NCBI GenBank assembly: GCA_963733055.1
Contig: CAVTBR010000001.1
Span: 790,925 to 854,924 of the forward strand
DNA from: Candidatus Bathyarchaeota archaeon
GTDB lineage: Archaea; Thermoproteota; Bathyarchaeia; 40CM-2-53-6
Direction: 5' to 3'
DNA: 64,000 bases
Part shown: positions 27,048 to 38,597 of the stretch, one piece after another
Layout of the letters: the number at the start of each line of letters is the position of its first letter
Position numbering within the stretch: the first letter of the stretch is position 1
Position numbers and translations under genes: made by a program
Notes under the pieces: model-generated
What the model was told of the DNA's origin: nothing
The model's input: the letters and a program-made list of their open reading frames with translations, nothing else
The model's database searches: none

Positions 27048-28097
27048 TCATCCGAAGATGAATTCTTCCTTCCGGGGGAGTTTTTCAAGTACTTCACGGG
27101 GGAGGGAGAGATTGGTTTCTAGCAACTGTGTAGGGTTTGAAGAAAGCCAGCCGCTTAGGCTGATCTCTTGGTATTCGCCGTTGTTGAAGACGAGTAGAAC
27201 GCGACTTTTCTCTTTACCATTGTTTTGAAGCGAGTGGCCGTAACCCATAGGTGCGAAGCCTACATCCTCCTCGCCCAGTTCCACAGCTGTTGCTCTTCCA
27301 GAGGATGCGAATACCGTTGTGCGCATCTTGCCGGACAGAACGAATTGCCATTCGTCAGCGTTAGGATGCCAATGAAGCTCGCGCAGAGCGCCGGGCTCAA
27401 GCTCAAGCAATGCCCCAGTCATGGTAGTGGAGATGGGAAACTCGCTGGATGAAGCCATCCAGAGCGAGCTACCGCGATAACGTCTAGGTTCTTGGCTTAG
27501 CAGCTCGTACTTGTGGGTAAGCGGTGGAGAATGTAAAGTATCCACCGGCGTCTCAGGAGTTGCGGGAGGGGTCGGACCGACGACGATGTAAACCTCTTTC
27601 TTGGGGAGGCTCCTGAGGTCTTCTGAGCTAACACGTAGGTTCTGTGCTAGGAGGTCTTTCGGTGTGTGTCCCAACCAGTCGGTTAGGCTAAACGTGGCGA
27701 ATTCAGAAAAATATCCATTATCAAAGACAAGAAGGAACTTAGTCTCCTTATTCCCGATACCTTGAATCGAATGCCCGTGGCCTCGTGGGAAATACCAGAC
27801 ATCCCCGGGCCCAAAGTCATTGATCTCCGAGCAGCCTTGAGGGTCAAAAATGGTCGTACGTACGTTGCCATCTATTACGTAACCCCATTCGGCGGCGTTA
27901 GCATGCCAATGCAACTCTCGCAAACCGCCCGGCTTAAGCGTCATCAACACCCCTGCAATGCTCTTTGATGTTGGAAATCGGACTGCAGTGGCTTCCTTGG
28001 CCGTGCCGCCCGGGAGTGTGCGGGGTTTCTGCCGTCCCATCGGGAACCGAAACTCTTCTGGCTTCAATTTGTCGGTTTTCTTGCGGGATGCCTTCAT
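27048..28097 (-). CDS. Bicupin, oxalate decarboxylase/oxidase family
   Basis: Two cupin motifs: ELHWHANAAEWGYVIDGNVRTTIF and ELHWHPNADEWQFVLSGKMRTTVF. Confidence 0.8.
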   Translation of the reverse strand: MKASRKKTDKLKPEEFRFPMGRQKPRTLPGGTAKEATAVRFPTSKSIAGVLMTLKPGGLRELHWHANAAEWGYVIDGNVRTTIFDPQGCSEINDFGPGDVWYFPRGHGHSIQGIGNKETKFLLVFDNGYFSEFATFSLTDWLGHTPKDLLAQNLRVSSEDLRSLPKKEVYIVVGPTPPATPETPVDTLHSPPLTHKYELLSQEPRRYRGSSLWMASSSEFPISTTMTGALLELEPGALRELHWHPNADEWQFVLSGKMRTTVFASSGRATAVELGEEDVGFAPMGYGHSLQNNGKEKSRVLLVFNNGEYQEISLSGWLSSNPTQLLETNLSLPREVLEKLPRKEEFIFG

Positions 28098-28119
28098 GCT
28101 TTCACTTGCCCTTTAGTAA

Positions 28120-28283
28120 GGAAAATTAGCCTTTAAATGATGCATTTTCTGCATGCTACATAGTCGGCTTTAGGTCTGGTTACCGCATAGCGAGATTCTC
28201 AGCTATGAGGAGATTCGGCGTGTCGCATCCCTCTGCGTAGATATGGGCATAGAGAACATTTGACTCAGTGGCGGCGAACCCCT
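28120..28283 (+). pseudogene. Duplicated, internally deleted copy of the moaA promoter and 5' coding region
   Basis: About 95% identical to 45647-45708 plus 45819-45921. It lacks the 110 nt encoding the CxxxCxxC cluster, and CGA is changed to TGA at 28261. Confidence 0.85.
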
Positions 28284-28284
28284 G

Positions 28285-28374
28285 AACATTTCATTCGTCC
28301 TCGGGGAAAAGGACGGACCTAAAGCCGTTCGAGCGATTCACGACGAATTTGGACTTGACAAGGATGGGAGTTGA
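28285..28374 (+). pseudogene. Remnant resembling the C-terminal ACT-domain end of aspartate kinase
   Basis: NISFVLGEKDGPKAVRAIHDEFGLDKDGS*, matching the (N)(I/V)SFV..E.D..KAVR..H..F pattern. It is fused in frame to the moaA fragment. Confidence 0.5.
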
Positions 28375-28474
28375 GGCATACCGAGCCCCTCAAATAACTG
28401 GTCTTTGAAGTTCCAAACGTTTGCTTAATCCTTTGAAACTCCGGTCCAATTAGATTGAAAATGGTGCATGAAGT

Positions 28475-29308
28475 CTAGGCCGCTTGAGGATATGACCCTA
28501 GGACTCTTAGGAAGGTTGCCGACTTGGCTAGGGCTTCGAGCGCCTCAAAACAAGCAGGATCTGTCTTATGGCCCTCAATGTCTACGAAGAAATGGTACTC
28601 CCAAGGCGTCCCTCTGATCGGTCGCGACTCTATTTTCGTGAGATTGATTCCACGCTTCGCTAGTTCGCTAAGCGTCGTGTAAAGCGAACCTGGAACGTGT
28701 TTCGTGCCAAAGACGATCGACGTTTTGTCCTTCCCGGTTCTTGATTTTTCCTCCCTTCCGATCACGAAGAATCGGGTGAAGTTTTCGGGGGAATCTTCAA
28801 TGTGTCTACTCAATATCTTCAATGCGTAAAGGGTCCCTGCCTTTTCGCTTGCTATGGCGGCTGCATCGCGGATGTTATTCTCTTTTATCAGCTTAGCACT
28901 GCCAGCCGTGTCATACGTTGGTTGAAGTAGCACCGAAAGACGTTCGAGAAAAGCAGAACACTGGGCGAGCGCCTGTGGATGTGAATACACTGTGCGAATT
29001 TCATCAATTTGGACTCCAGGCAGCGCCAGTAGGCAATGGCTGACCCTGATTTTCACTTCGCCATTGATCTTTAGAGGTGACTGAAGTAAGAGATCATACG
29101 TCTGATTGACGCTACCCTCAATGGAGTTTTCGGCGGGAACAACCCCATGATCAGCAGACCCATCTTCAACCATCTTGAAAACCTGTTTGAGGGTATTGTT
29201 GGGTGTTGTTATGACCGATGCTCCGAAGAAGGATTGAGCTGCTTGCTCGCTGTACGCCCCGTGTTCGCCCTGAAAGGACACGCTAGGGCGACCGGCCTTG
29301 TTGCTCAA
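28475..29308 (-). CDS. pheA: Prephenate dehydratase
   Basis: PDT domain (VAFQGEHGAYSEQAA-like start, ...ENSIEGSVNQTYDLL) plus a C-terminal ACT domain (TSIVF...PGSLY..L...INLTKIESRP). Confidence 0.85.
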   Translation of the reverse strand: MSNKAGRPSVSFQGEHGAYSEQAAQSFFGASVITTPNNTLKQVFKMVEDGSADHGVVPAENSIEGSVNQTYDLLLQSPLKINGEVKIRVSHCLLALPGVQIDEIRTVYSHPQALAQCSAFLERLSVLLQPTYDTAGSAKLIKENNIRDAAAIASEKAGTLYALKILSRHIEDSPENFTRFFVIGREEKSRTGKDKTSIVFGTKHVPGSLYTTLSELAKRGINLTKIESRPIRGTPWEYHFFVDIEGHKTDPACFEALEALAKSATFLRVLGSYPQAA

Positions 29309-29341
29309 TTTGTCAACCTCATGAAACCGGCGGGCAACTCC

Positions 29342-30136
29342 CTAGAGTTCTTGGCAATGAATGCTATGAAAGTCGTTTGATTGTTTCAAAACTGGTAGTT
29401 TTTTCCTCGCTTCATCGACACGGCTGTCCTCAACGTCATAGAATCCGATGCGTTGTCCGGATCCCAAATCGAGAACTTTCACTCCCAACGGATCAATCAC
29501 CATGCTACGACCAACGAATGTATCATTTGCGTTGTCCACACCAATCACGTAACTTGTGATCTCCTGCGCCCGCGCCATCAGAAGAGTCTGCCACTGTTCC
29601 TCTTTAAGAGGCCCGCGATACCAAGCTGACGGCACGATAATCACCCGCACTCCAGACATTACTTCACTCTTTGTCAATTCAGGAAAGCGGATGTCGTAGC
29701 AGATGACGACACCCAACGATGTGTCACCTATCTTGAACAGAACCGGACTCGATCCCGCACGGAAGTATTCCGATTCCTTGTAGCCCAAAGCATCGAAGAG
29801 ATGGATCTTGCGATAACCACCCTTAACCTCACCACGATCAATGATTACGGCGGTGTCGAAAATTCCGTCGTCGGCTTTCTCGAAGATCGGTACTACAGTG
29901 GCTACTTCCTTTTCCTTGCTCTTCTCTGCAACGAGAGTGATGAACTCGCCGTCTAGCGGTTCAGCCATCTCTTCCACATAATTCCTGGATAGTCCTTCGT
30001 GCGGGTATCCCATACAGTATTCAGGGAATACAAGAAGGTCGGAGGTTTCCCCTGCCGATTCAATAACATCAACTGTGCGTTGTAGGTTTTCCTTCTTGGA
30101 CGAAGTAACGTCCAGTTGAACCAGACCGATTCTCAT
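29342..30136 (-). CDS. Carbon-nitrogen hydrolase family protein
   Basis: MRIGLVQLDV..., VFPEY, and the CYDIRFPE catalytic Cys motif. Start trimmed to ATG 30136. Confidence 0.8.
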   Translation of the reverse strand: MRIGLVQLDVTSSKKENLQRTVDVIESAGETSDLLVFPEYCMGYPHEGLSRNYVEEMAEPLDGEFITLVAEKSKEKEVATVVPIFEKADDGIFDTAVIIDRGEVKGGYRKIHLFDALGYKESEYFRAGSSPVLFKIGDTSLGVVICYDIRFPELTKSEVMSGVRVIIVPSAWYRGPLKEEQWQTLLMARAQEITSYVIGVDNANDTFVGRSMVIDPLGVKVLDLGSGQRIGFYDVEDSRVDEARKKLPVLKQSNDFHSIHCQEL

Positions 30137-30333
30137 TACTCCTTGCTTCAAAACAAATTCACGTGCCGGCAAACCTCTTCACAACTGGCCTTGTACATCT
30201 ACCTAGCTTTTGGAATACTACCAGTATAATCAATTTACCTTCACGAGAGCCACTGAGAATTGCTATCAGGTACACACCTAGCAAGAACCTTAGATTGAGG
30301 AAGTGTAACTTACACAACAGGAAACTTTCGAAA

Positions 30334-31164
30334 TTGTTGGACTCGATTTCATTCATCGGTGGCGGAGTTATGGGGGAAGCAATGATCCAAGGACTGCTGT
30401 CTAGGAAGACCGTGAAACCTAATGGAATAATCGCCAGCGAACCAAGGAAGGAACGCCGCGAGGAACTGAAACGAAAGTATGGCGTCAAAGTCACTTCGGA
30501 TAATCGTGAAGCTATCAAGTCCTGTGAGGTCGTTGTACTCGCACTCAAACCTCAAGACTTAGAGGCAGCCATCACCGAGTTGAAAGGTTCCTTGCTGCCG
30601 AACCAAATGGTCATGTCGATCGTCGCGGGTGCGCGCCTCAAGACGATCAGTAAGGGATTAGCACATGAGGTTGTTGTACGAGTGATGCCTAATACGCCGG
30701 CTCAGATTGGCGAGGGGATGAGCGTATGGACAGCGACACACGGCGTGAGCCATGGGCAGCTTGACCAAGCAAAAACAATCTTGCAAGCCTTAGGTAAGGA
30801 GCGTTACATGAATGACGAGAAGTTCCTGGATATGGCGACAGCGGTCAGTGGCACGGGTCCCACATACGTCTTTCTAGTTATGGAGGCCATGATCGATGCA
30901 GCAGTCCATCTCGGGTTTCCTAGACACATAGCTTACGAGTTAGTTACAGAGACTATGAGAGGCTCCATCAACTTCGCTATGAAATCGACCAAGCACCCGG
31001 CAGAGCTACGTAACATGGTCACATCCCCGGGAGGCACCAGCGCCGCGGCCCTTTACCAGTTGGAGAAAGGAAGTCTGCGCACGGTCCTTTCAAAAGCCAT
31101 CATGGCCGCCTACGAGCAAAGCAAGTCGCTAGGAGGAGAAAGTGGCTCTTCGGTTAAGGCTTAG
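30334..31164 (+). CDS. proC: Pyrroline-5-carboxylate reductase
   Basis: ISFIGGGVMGEAMIQGL Rossmann motif and the C-terminal SPGGTSAAAL motif. The start is set at TTG 30334/30337; the track ORF start at 30163 overlaps the divergent gene. Confidence 0.85.
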   Translation: MLDSISFIGGGVMGEAMIQGLLSRKTVKPNGIIASEPRKERREELKRKYGVKVTSDNREAIKSCEVVVLALKPQDLEAAITELKGSLLPNQMVMSIVAGARLKTISKGLAHEVVVRVMPNTPAQIGEGMSVWTATHGVSHGQLDQAKTILQALGKERYMNDEKFLDMATAVSGTGPTYVFLVMEAMIDAAVHLGFPRHIAYELVTETMRGSINFAMKSTKHPAELRNMVTSPGGTSAAALYQLEKGSLRTVLSKAIMAAYEQSKSLGGESGSSVKA

Positions 31165-31228
31165 AAAAGAAACTCAGCTAGGTAAAAGCTAGACTTTACG
31201 TGTTGAGATCATACATGAAAGTAAAGAG

Positions 31229-32213
31229 TCAGGGTTTCTGCGGCTGGTGAACGTGCGTCGCAGGAATATCGTACTGAAGGACGCCATAAACGGGCGTCAA
31301 ATACTTGCGATACTTATCGTTGGCACCGATTACGACTCGGTCGTACTCTTCGCCCAATCGTAGTGTTATTCGGCCTGGCCTTCCATTTCCTACTGGTTTG
31401 CGATCAATGTTCAGAATCGGAGCTACTTCAGCAGCGGTGCCAGTGAAAAAGGCCTCCTCACAGGTGTACAGTTCAGCTCGGGCGATTGTACGTTCCTTGA
31501 AAGGCACGTCATCGTCCTTGATTAGATCTATGACGGTTTGACGTGTTATACCGTTCAGGATGCCAGAGGAGGAAGTTGGCGTAGAAATGATCCCATCTTT
31601 AATTATGAAGATGTTTTCTCCCGTGCCTTCAGAAACGTCCCCTTTATTGTCGAGGAACAATGCCTCGTCGAAACCTGCCTCAGCTGCTTCAGTTCTAGCG
31701 AGGACAGAATTGATGTAATGGCCACAAGCCTTAGCCATGCCGGGCACGGCTGGTTCGCCAATACGGCGCCACGTTGAGACACAAATATCCAGTCCTGGTT
31801 TGTTTTCGTCGAAATATTTCTCATATGGAAAAGCGATGATGCTGACCGAGGTTGGTGTCGCTCTTGCGTCAAGGTTTATTCCTCCAACACCCTTGAAGGC
31901 GATAGGCCTGATGTACAAAGATGAATGGAAATCATTCTTCTCTATAAGACCCGAAACCGCTTCACAAATTTCTTCTTCACTATAAGGTAGGTCGAAGCTG
32001 TATATCTTCGCAGGATTCGGCCATGCGTCTAATGTGGTCCCTAAGTCTGAATACGAGAACCTCGTCCCCCGATTTGTACGCTCTTATACCTTCGAAGACC
32101 CCCGTCCCATAGTGTAGGGCATGTGTAAACACGTGCACGGTGGCCTTCTCCCAAGGAACAATTTCCCCATCTAGCCAAACGAATTTCGCTGGAGGCTTGA
32201 ACAAAGTCTTCAA
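31229..32213 (-). pseudogene. ilvE: Branched-chain amino acid aminotransferase with an apparent 1-nt insertion (~32013)
   Basis: The N-terminal ORF ends ...FRLRDHIRRMAESCEDIQLRPTL*. The adjacent frame continues AKIYSFDLPYSEEEICEAVSGLIEKNDFHSSLYIRPIAF... Confidence 0.85.
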
Positions 32214-32833
32214 CTCCTCGCAACATCAACTAATTGAAACGGACGCAGGCTGCGTTCATACGAACGAATCTCTTGTTCATGTAGTAGCGTCAGGGATATC
32301 TCATCGAGACCTTCCAAGAGACATTTTTTCCTGAATGCGTCCACATCGAAACGTAGGTCGTGTCCGTCAGGTTTTCCGATTGTCTGCGTTTCTAAGTCTA
32401 CCCGCAAGGAGTAACCCTCATGTTTTGAGGTCTCCTCGAAGAGTTGACTTACCGTTGTTTCGTCGAGGGTGATCGGAAGAATTCCGTTCTTGAAGCAGTT
32501 GTTGTAGAATATGTCGGCGTACGATGGTGCGATTAAGACCTTGAACCCGTAGTCCGAGAGAGCCCACACAGCGTGTTCGCGGGAGCTTCCGCAGCCGAAA
32601 TTTGCTCGCGTCAGCAGGATTTTGCCATCTTTGTAACGTGGATGGTTCAAGATGAAATCCGTCGTTAGGGTCCCGTCTGGATGAAAACGCCAGTCGTAGA
32701 ATAGATAGTGACCAAACCCTGTTCTCTCCGTTAGTTTGAGGAATTGTTTGGGAATGATCTGGTCTGTGTCAACGTTTACTCGATCTAACGGTACGACAAC
32801 TCCAGTCTGTGGTTTGAAGGGATCCATAATCAA
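32210..32833 (-). CDS. leuD: 3-isopropylmalate dehydratase small subunit
   Basis: ...[15 protein letters not shown]... Sits directly downstream of leuC. Confidence 0.9.
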   Translation of the reverse strand: MIMDPFKPQTGVVVPLDRVNVDTDQIIPKQFLKLTERTGFGHYLFYDWRFHPDGTLTTDFILNHPRYKDGKILLTRANFGCGSSREHAVWALSDYGFKVLIAPSYADIFYNNCFKNGILPITLDETTVSQLFEETSKHEGYSLRVDLETQTIGKPDGHDLRFDVDAFRKKCLLEGLDEISLTLLHEQEIRSYERSLRPFQLVDVARS

Positions 32834-34246
32834 TCAGCTTGCTACGTCCCACTCACGTACATCTACAAAATGACCAGCAACTGCGGCTGCCGCAGCCATA
32901 ATCGGACTCACCAAATGTGTTCGTCCTCCCCGACCCTGCCTTCCCTCGAAATTTCGGTTCGAGGTACTCGCGCACCGATCGCCCGACGCGAGTATGTCAG
33001 GATTCATTCCCAAGCACATGCTGCATCCAGACTCCCTCCATTCGAAGCCCGCTTCTTTGAAGTCGCGATCTAATCCCTGCTTCTCCGCTTGATACTTGAC
33101 TAGCTGGGAACCTGGCACAACCATAGCGCGCAGTCCCGGAGCCACTTTCTTTCCCTTGATCATCTTCGAAGCCGCAACGAGATCCGTGAGGCGAGAATTG
33201 GTGCAGGAGCCGATGAACACTCTATCGAGTTTGATTGACTGTATGGCTGTACCCGGTTGTAGGTCCATATACTCCAAAGCACGAGTGGCAGCCTCTCTCA
33301 TCTGTGAATTTTCGAATTCTTCTGGGTGTGGGACAGAACCTGTAACGTCGGTAACCATCGCTGGGGTAGTTCCCCAAGTCACCTGAGGCTTCATCCTACC
33401 TGCGTCCAATTCCACACTCTTATCAAACGAGGCGCCCGAATCCGTTCGGAGTTCGCGCCATTGTTTCTCCGCCTCTTCGAAAACTTCCCCTCCTGGCGCG
33501 TACTTCCGGCCCCGAACGTAACGAAACGTGGTTTCATCGGGGGCGATCAGGCCAGCTCTCGCCCCACCCTCTATGGTCATGTTGCATATCGTCATGCGTT
33601 CTTCCATAGACAATGATGTAATTGCTTCGCCTCGGTACTCGATGATCGAACCTGTTCCACCAGCGGTCCCAATGCGGCCAATTATCGAGAGGATTATGTC
33701 CTTGGCCGTGACTCCGTTAGGAGGATTGCCATCAACACGAACTTCGAAGGATTCTGGTTTCTCGAGCGAAAGACACTGCGTAGCTAAGACATGCTCAACT
33801 TCACTCGTCCCGATTCCTAAGGCTAAAGCCCCAAATGCTCCGTGAGTCGATGTGTGACTGTCACCACAGACGATTGTTAGTCCGGGAAGCGTTATTCCGA
33901 GTTCTGGTCCAATTACGTGAACGATTCCTTGGTTTGGGCTTGCCAAATCAAAGAACGTGATTCCGAAATCCACACAATTTCGAGCCAACGCTTCAATTTG
34001 TTTTTTGGAGACTGGGTCTTGTATTGGGATCGAACGATCGGTGGTTGGAACGTTATGATCAACGGTCGCGAATGTCAGGTCTGGTCTCCTAGCACGCCTT
34101 CCTGCTGATCGTAGTCCCTCGAAAGCTTGCGGTGAGGTTACCTCGTGGACTAGGTGTCTGTCAATCCAAATTAGGCTTGGCCGACCTTCCTCCTCGTATA
34201 CGAGGTGGTCTTCCCAGATTTTTTCAAAAAGTGTTCGAGGAGGCAT
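32834..34246 (-). CDS. leuC: 3-isopropylmalate dehydratase large subunit
   Basis: Aconitase-family motifs [21 protein letters not shown] and CSMCLGMN. Confidence 0.92.
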   Translation of the reverse strand: MPPRTLFEKIWEDHLVYEEEGRPSLIWIDRHLVHEVTSPQAFEGLRSAGRRARRPDLTFATVDHNVPTTDRSIPIQDPVSKKQIEALARNCVDFGITFFDLASPNQGIVHVIGPELGITLPGLTIVCGDSHTSTHGAFGALALGIGTSEVEHVLATQCLSLEKPESFEVRVDGNPPNGVTAKDIILSIIGRIGTAGGTGSIIEYRGEAITSLSMEERMTICNMTIEGGARAGLIAPDETTFRYVRGRKYAPGGEVFEEAEKQWRELRTDSGASFDKSVELDAGRMKPQVTWGTTPAMVTDVTGSVPHPEEFENSQMREAATRALEYMDLQPGTAIQSIKLDRVFIGSCTNSRLTDLVAASKMIKGKKVAPGLRAMVVPGSQLVKYQAEKQGLDRDFKEAGFEWRESGCSMCLGMNPDILASGDRCASTSNRNFEGRQGRGGRTHLVSPIMAAAAAVAGHFVDVREWDVAS

Positions 34247-34275
34247 TGTTCATCAACTTTGGATTATTGGGTCAC

Positions 34276-35952
34276 TCACAAACCGCACCTTCGGCCGCGG
34301 AATGCACCAGTTTCGCGTACCTGAACAAAACACCTCGCTTGTACTTGGGTTCGGGTTGCTTCCATTGTTTTCAATCGTGCCGCGAATTCTTCGTCGCTTA
34401 CGTCCGCTTCAAGGTGACGAAGTTTCGCGTCAACCGTGACCACATCGTCGTCCCTCAGAAGAGCCAGTGGTCCGCCAACCTGAGCCTCAGGTGAAACATG
34501 ACCTATCATCAATCCGCGGGTGGCACCAGAGAACCTTCCGTCCGTCACTAACGCTACCTCTTCCCCAAGTCCTTGACCTACGATTGCAGCAGTAATCGAA
34601 AGCATCTCACGCATGCCCGGTCCCCCTTTGGGACCCTCGTAGCGTATGACGACCACATCGCCAGCTTTGATTCCTCCTTCGCTCACAGCTCGGAAGGCCT
34701 CCTCCTCAGAATCGAAAAGTCTTGCTGGGCCACGATGCGTAAGCCTAGATGAACTCGAAATTTTTGCAACTGCACCGTCTGGCGCCAAATTTCCCTTGAG
34801 GACCACTAGGCCGCCCTCTTGCGAGAATGGGTTGGAAACGTCTCTCACAACGTCCTGTTGTCCGTCGTCGAAATGGATTTCTTCAATATTCTGGCGAATG
34901 GTTTTACCCGTGACCGTAAGTGTTTCTCCGTTCAATGCCCCCTTCTCTAGCAGTTTTTTCATTATGAGAGGAACCCCGCCGGCGCGGTCTAGGTCATACA
35001 TCACATACCTGCCACCCGGTCTCAGATCCGCGATCTTGGGAGTCCTTCGGCCTACGCGTTCGAAATCGTCTAAGGTGACCTTGATTCCTGCCTCATACGC
35101 GATGGCCGGGATGTGCAGAAAAGCATTCGTTGAACCTCCCATCGCTTGAACGACAGCAATGGCGTTTTCGAATGCTTCGAAAGTTAGGATGTCGCTCGGG
35201 CGAATCCCATTCTCAATGAGTCGCATGACGGCTAGACCGCTTAGATATGATGCTTGGTAACGTCGCTGATCAATTGCTGGGGGTGAAGCTGTACCCGGGA
35301 GAGACAGACCTAAGGCCTCCATGGCTGAGGCCATCGTGTTAGCCGTGTAGAGCCCTCCGCACGAGCCTTCACCTGGACAGGCTGAGCACTCAAGGTTGTT
35401 GAGCTGCTCCGAAGTCATTTTGCCCGCAGCATATGACCCCACGGCCTCGAAGACGTCTTGAATTGTCACATCGCGGCCTTCGAACCTTCCGGGCATTATT
35501 GTTCCTCCGTACAAGAAGACTGATGGAATATTCAGTCTCGCTGACGCCATCGCTGATCCTGGAAGACTTTTGTCGCAACCTGCTACGGTAACGAGACCAT
35601 CTAGGCTTTGCCCAATTGCCATAACCTCAATTGAATCGGCGATGATCTCTCGACTTACGAGTGATGCTTTCATGCCTTCGGTTCCCATTGAAACGCCATC
35701 GCTGACTGCGATAGTTCCAAACTCAAATGGAGTTCCTTTCGCACTCCGTACACCTTCTTTGACTTTCTTCGTGAGTTTGTTCAAGTGAAAATTGCATGGC
35801 GTGACCTCGTTCCATGTGCTTGCAACACCCACGAATGGTTGACCGAAGTCCTCAGTTGTGTAGCCGATGGCTCGGAGCATTGAGCGATTTGGGGCCCGCT
35901 GGGGACCTTCGGTTATGTCCCTGCTTCTCAGGCGGGAGTCTTTGGAAACCAT
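34276..35952 (-). CDS. ilvD: Dihydroxy-acid dehydratase
   Basis: ...[10 protein letters not shown]..., [21 protein letters not shown]. Confidence 0.92.
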   Translation of the reverse strand: MVSKDSRLRSRDITEGPQRAPNRSMLRAIGYTTEDFGQPFVGVASTWNEVTPCNFHLNKLTKKVKEGVRSAKGTPFEFGTIAVSDGVSMGTEGMKASLVSREIIADSIEVMAIGQSLDGLVTVAGCDKSLPGSAMASARLNIPSVFLYGGTIMPGRFEGRDVTIQDVFEAVGSYAAGKMTSEQLNNLECSACPGEGSCGGLYTANTMASAMEALGLSLPGTASPPAIDQRRYQASYLSGLAVMRLIENGIRPSDILTFEAFENAIAVVQAMGGSTNAFLHIPAIAYEAGIKVTLDDFERVGRRTPKIADLRPGGRYVMYDLDRAGGVPLIMKKLLEKGALNGETLTVTGKTIRQNIEEIHFDDGQQDVVRDVSNPFSQEGGLVVLKGNLAPDGAVAKISSSSRLTHRGPARLFDSEEEAFRAVSEGGIKAGDVVVIRYEGPKGGPGMREMLSITAAIVGQGLGEEVALVTDGRFSGATRGLMIGHVSPEAQVGGPLALLRDDDVVTVDAKLRHLEADVSDEEFAARLKTMEATRTQVQARCFVQVRETGAFRGRRCGL

Positions 35953-36014
35953 CCATCAAATCCTTCTTGTGTGTTCTGATTGCTTGACTTTTGAGAGTAT
36001 CATCTTGGCCTCAT

Positions 36015-37550
36015 CTATCCCTCTTTCAAGAGAGGGGCACTTGGGACTTCTGAGAGCCGTCGTCGGAGCAAGATTTTGTTTATTGCTTCAATCATGGCTT
36101 CGACGCTCGCGACGACCACGTCTTCCCTTGCAGCACTTGCCGAAACCGTCGTCCCATTCGAGTCTTCGACCTTAACCAGAGCTTCGGCTAGAGCGTCCGA
36201 TCCTCCGGTAATTGCTTTGAGGCGATATTCTTTCAAGGTGACCTGCACAGACGGGTCGGTAATCTTCTGAACCGCGCGAATTGCTGCATCAACGGGGCCG
36301 AGGCCTGTCTCTGCAGAGGTGTATTCTTTCTTGTTTAATCGTAAGCGTACTGAGGCCGTTGGAACTAATCCCTTCCCGGTTACAACGGCGAGATCGACTA
36401 AGTCTAGGATGCGTTCTGCTCCTTTTGTTTTCCCTAATACTGCCTCGGCAATTGCGCCTAGGTCGGCATCAGTTACGGTCTTCCCTTTGTCACCGACGTC
36501 TTTGACTCTCGTAACTATCTCGGCGAGTTGATTTTTGTCAGGGAAAAGACCTTCTTCCGCCAGCTGAGCTGCGATTCCATGTGCTCCAGCGTGCTTGCCT
36601 GCTTGGAACCAGCGGCGGCGGCCGACCAGGCTAGGGTCGTACGGTTCGTATGTAAGCGGCATTTCGGTTATGCCGTGGGTGTGAATTCCGGATTCATGCC
36701 CGAAAGCATTCTCGCCCACAACGGCTTTGTTGGGTTGAACTCGGATCCCAGTTAGTGTTGCGACCAGTTTCGATGTTTCAGTCAAGAGCTCCGTTTTGAT
36801 GTTCGTTTTTTGATTGTATAGCCTATGAAGCGACATCACCAATTCTTCCAAAGAAGTGTTTCCTGCTCTTTCCCCGAGTCCATTTACAGTCACGTGCGCT
36901 TGAACCGCTCCCACCTCAATAGCGGCGAGGCTGTTCGCTACCGCAAGGCCAAAGTCATCGTGACAGTGAATACTAACGGGGACGCTGGTTGACGAGACAA
37001 GTTCTCTCGTAATCATGGCGATATTTTGCGGTGAAGAAATCCCGACCGTGTCCGGGATGTTTATGCGGTCCGCGCCGGACTGTTCCGCGGTTTTGTAGGC
37101 TTCCTTCAGGAAGCCAATTTCAGTTCGCGTTGCGTCTTCAGCGGAGAACTCGACGATTTGAGCGTGTTGTTTGGCGTAAGAAACAGAATCGGCTATGCGA
37201 CTGAGCACTTGGTCTCTGTTCAGTTTGAGTTTGTATTTTAGGTGAAGGTCTGAGGTAGCTATGAATACGTGCACGGACCTCACACCCGTGCTTAACGCGG
37301 TGTCGATGTCGTTCTTGTTCGCCCGGGCTAAAGCTACGACTTCGCATGATAGACCTGCTTTCGCAACTGCCCCAACCGATTCGCATTCACCTGCTGAGCT
37401 TATTGGAAAACCTGCTTCGATCGCGTCGACACCGAGTTTATCGAGCTGTCGGGCGATTCTGACTTTCTCGTCTGGCGTTAGGGATACGCCCGGTGTTTGT
37501 TCTCCATCCCTAAGAGTAGTGTCGAAAATCCGAACATGGTTTGAGTTCAT
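36015..37550 (-). CDS. leuA: 2-isopropylmalate synthase (or archaeal citramalate synthase) family
   Basis: [33 protein letters not shown], and a LeuA dimerisation/regulatory C-terminus. Confidence 0.85.
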   Translation of the reverse strand: MNSNHVRIFDTTLRDGEQTPGVSLTPDEKVRIARQLDKLGVDAIEAGFPISSAGECESVGAVAKAGLSCEVVALARANKNDIDTALSTGVRSVHVFIATSDLHLKYKLKLNRDQVLSRIADSVSYAKQHAQIVEFSAEDATRTEIGFLKEAYKTAEQSGADRINIPDTVGISSPQNIAMITRELVSSTSVPVSIHCHDDFGLAVANSLAAIEVGAVQAHVTVNGLGERAGNTSLEELVMSLHRLYNQKTNIKTELLTETSKLVATLTGIRVQPNKAVVGENAFGHESGIHTHGITEMPLTYEPYDPSLVGRRRWFQAGKHAGAHGIAAQLAEEGLFPDKNQLAEIVTRVKDVGDKGKTVTDADLGAIAEAVLGKTKGAERILDLVDLAVVTGKGLVPTASVRLRLNKKEYTSAETGLGPVDAAIRAVQKITDPSVQVTLKEYRLKAITGGSDALAEALVKVEDSNGTTVSASAAREDVVVASVEAMIEAINKILLRRRLSEVPSAPLLKEG

Positions 37551-38592
37551 TCGAAGATCACCTCACCTAATTCCGTCTTGATCGCTCTGCCCATTTCGAG
37601 AGTGCTGAGTCTCCCTCCGAGATCCGGAGTAACTGCTCCTCTGGCCAAGCAGCTTTCTACAGCTCTTTGGATCGCTCTTGAAGAACGCCTGGCGTCGTCG
37701 TCATGTTTCTGTAGTCCGAGCCAGTCCAACATCATGGCTGCGGAGAGAATAAGGGACGTGGGATTTGCAATGTTTTTGCCTGCGATATCGGGTGCGCAAC
37801 CGTGTACCGGTTCAAAGATAGCGAAATCTTGACCGATGTTTGCCGATGGAGCTAGGCCGAGACCGCCTACTACTTGAGCTGCTTCGTCAGAGAGAATGTC
37901 GCCGAACATGTTTGTTGTCACTATGACGTCGAATTGTTGTGGATTTCTGATCAGGTTCATCGCGGCAGCGTCCACTAGCATGTCGGAGAAATGAATGTCA
38001 GGGTAGTTCGAAGCTACCTCTCTGCAAATAGATAGGAACAAGCCGTCAGTTTTCTTCATGACATTGGCTTTGTGTACTCCAGTAACTGAGTTCCTTCGCT
38101 CTCGGGCGAGTTTGAACGCATACCTAGCGATGCGCTCGCACGCCTTCCGTGTGATCACGCGCGTTGCGGTGGCCCTTTCGTTATCCCCGGCCTCCAAACC
38201 CGAGTACAGATCCTCCGTGTTCTCCCTGACGATGACTAAGTCCGTCAATGGATTCAGGCATGGAACGTTCGGAAATGATTTTGCGGGTCGTATGTTCGCG
38301 TAAAGATCGCATAGCTGTCGCAGACGGATAATGACTTCGTAGGCGGACTGCCCAATGGGGCCCTTAAGACAACAGTCGCTCTTCCTGATTGCGTCAACAG
38401 TCCCTTCTGGCAACGCTTGTCCATGTTTCTCCAAAGCTCGATCACCGGCTTCGACTGAAACAAGGTCCAGTGAGACGCCGAAAGCGTTCTCAACCTCAGC
38501 AAGGACTTCCTTTGTCGCAGCAGATTGCTCCGGACCTATACCATCTCCCTCTACGAGGGTTACTGTGTAAGTCGTATCGCTTCACCAGCCAT
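37547..38592 (-). pseudogene. leuB: 3-isopropylmalate dehydrogenase with an apparent 1-nt deletion near the 5' end (38563-38581)
   Basis: ATG 38592, 5 nt after the ilvC stop, gives MAGEAIRLTQ*. The next frame reads YTVTLVEGDGIGPEQSAATKEVL... and runs continuously into the 295-aa ORF. No start codon precedes the GDGIGPE motif in that frame. Confidence 0.85.
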
Positions 38593-38597
38593 TGGTT

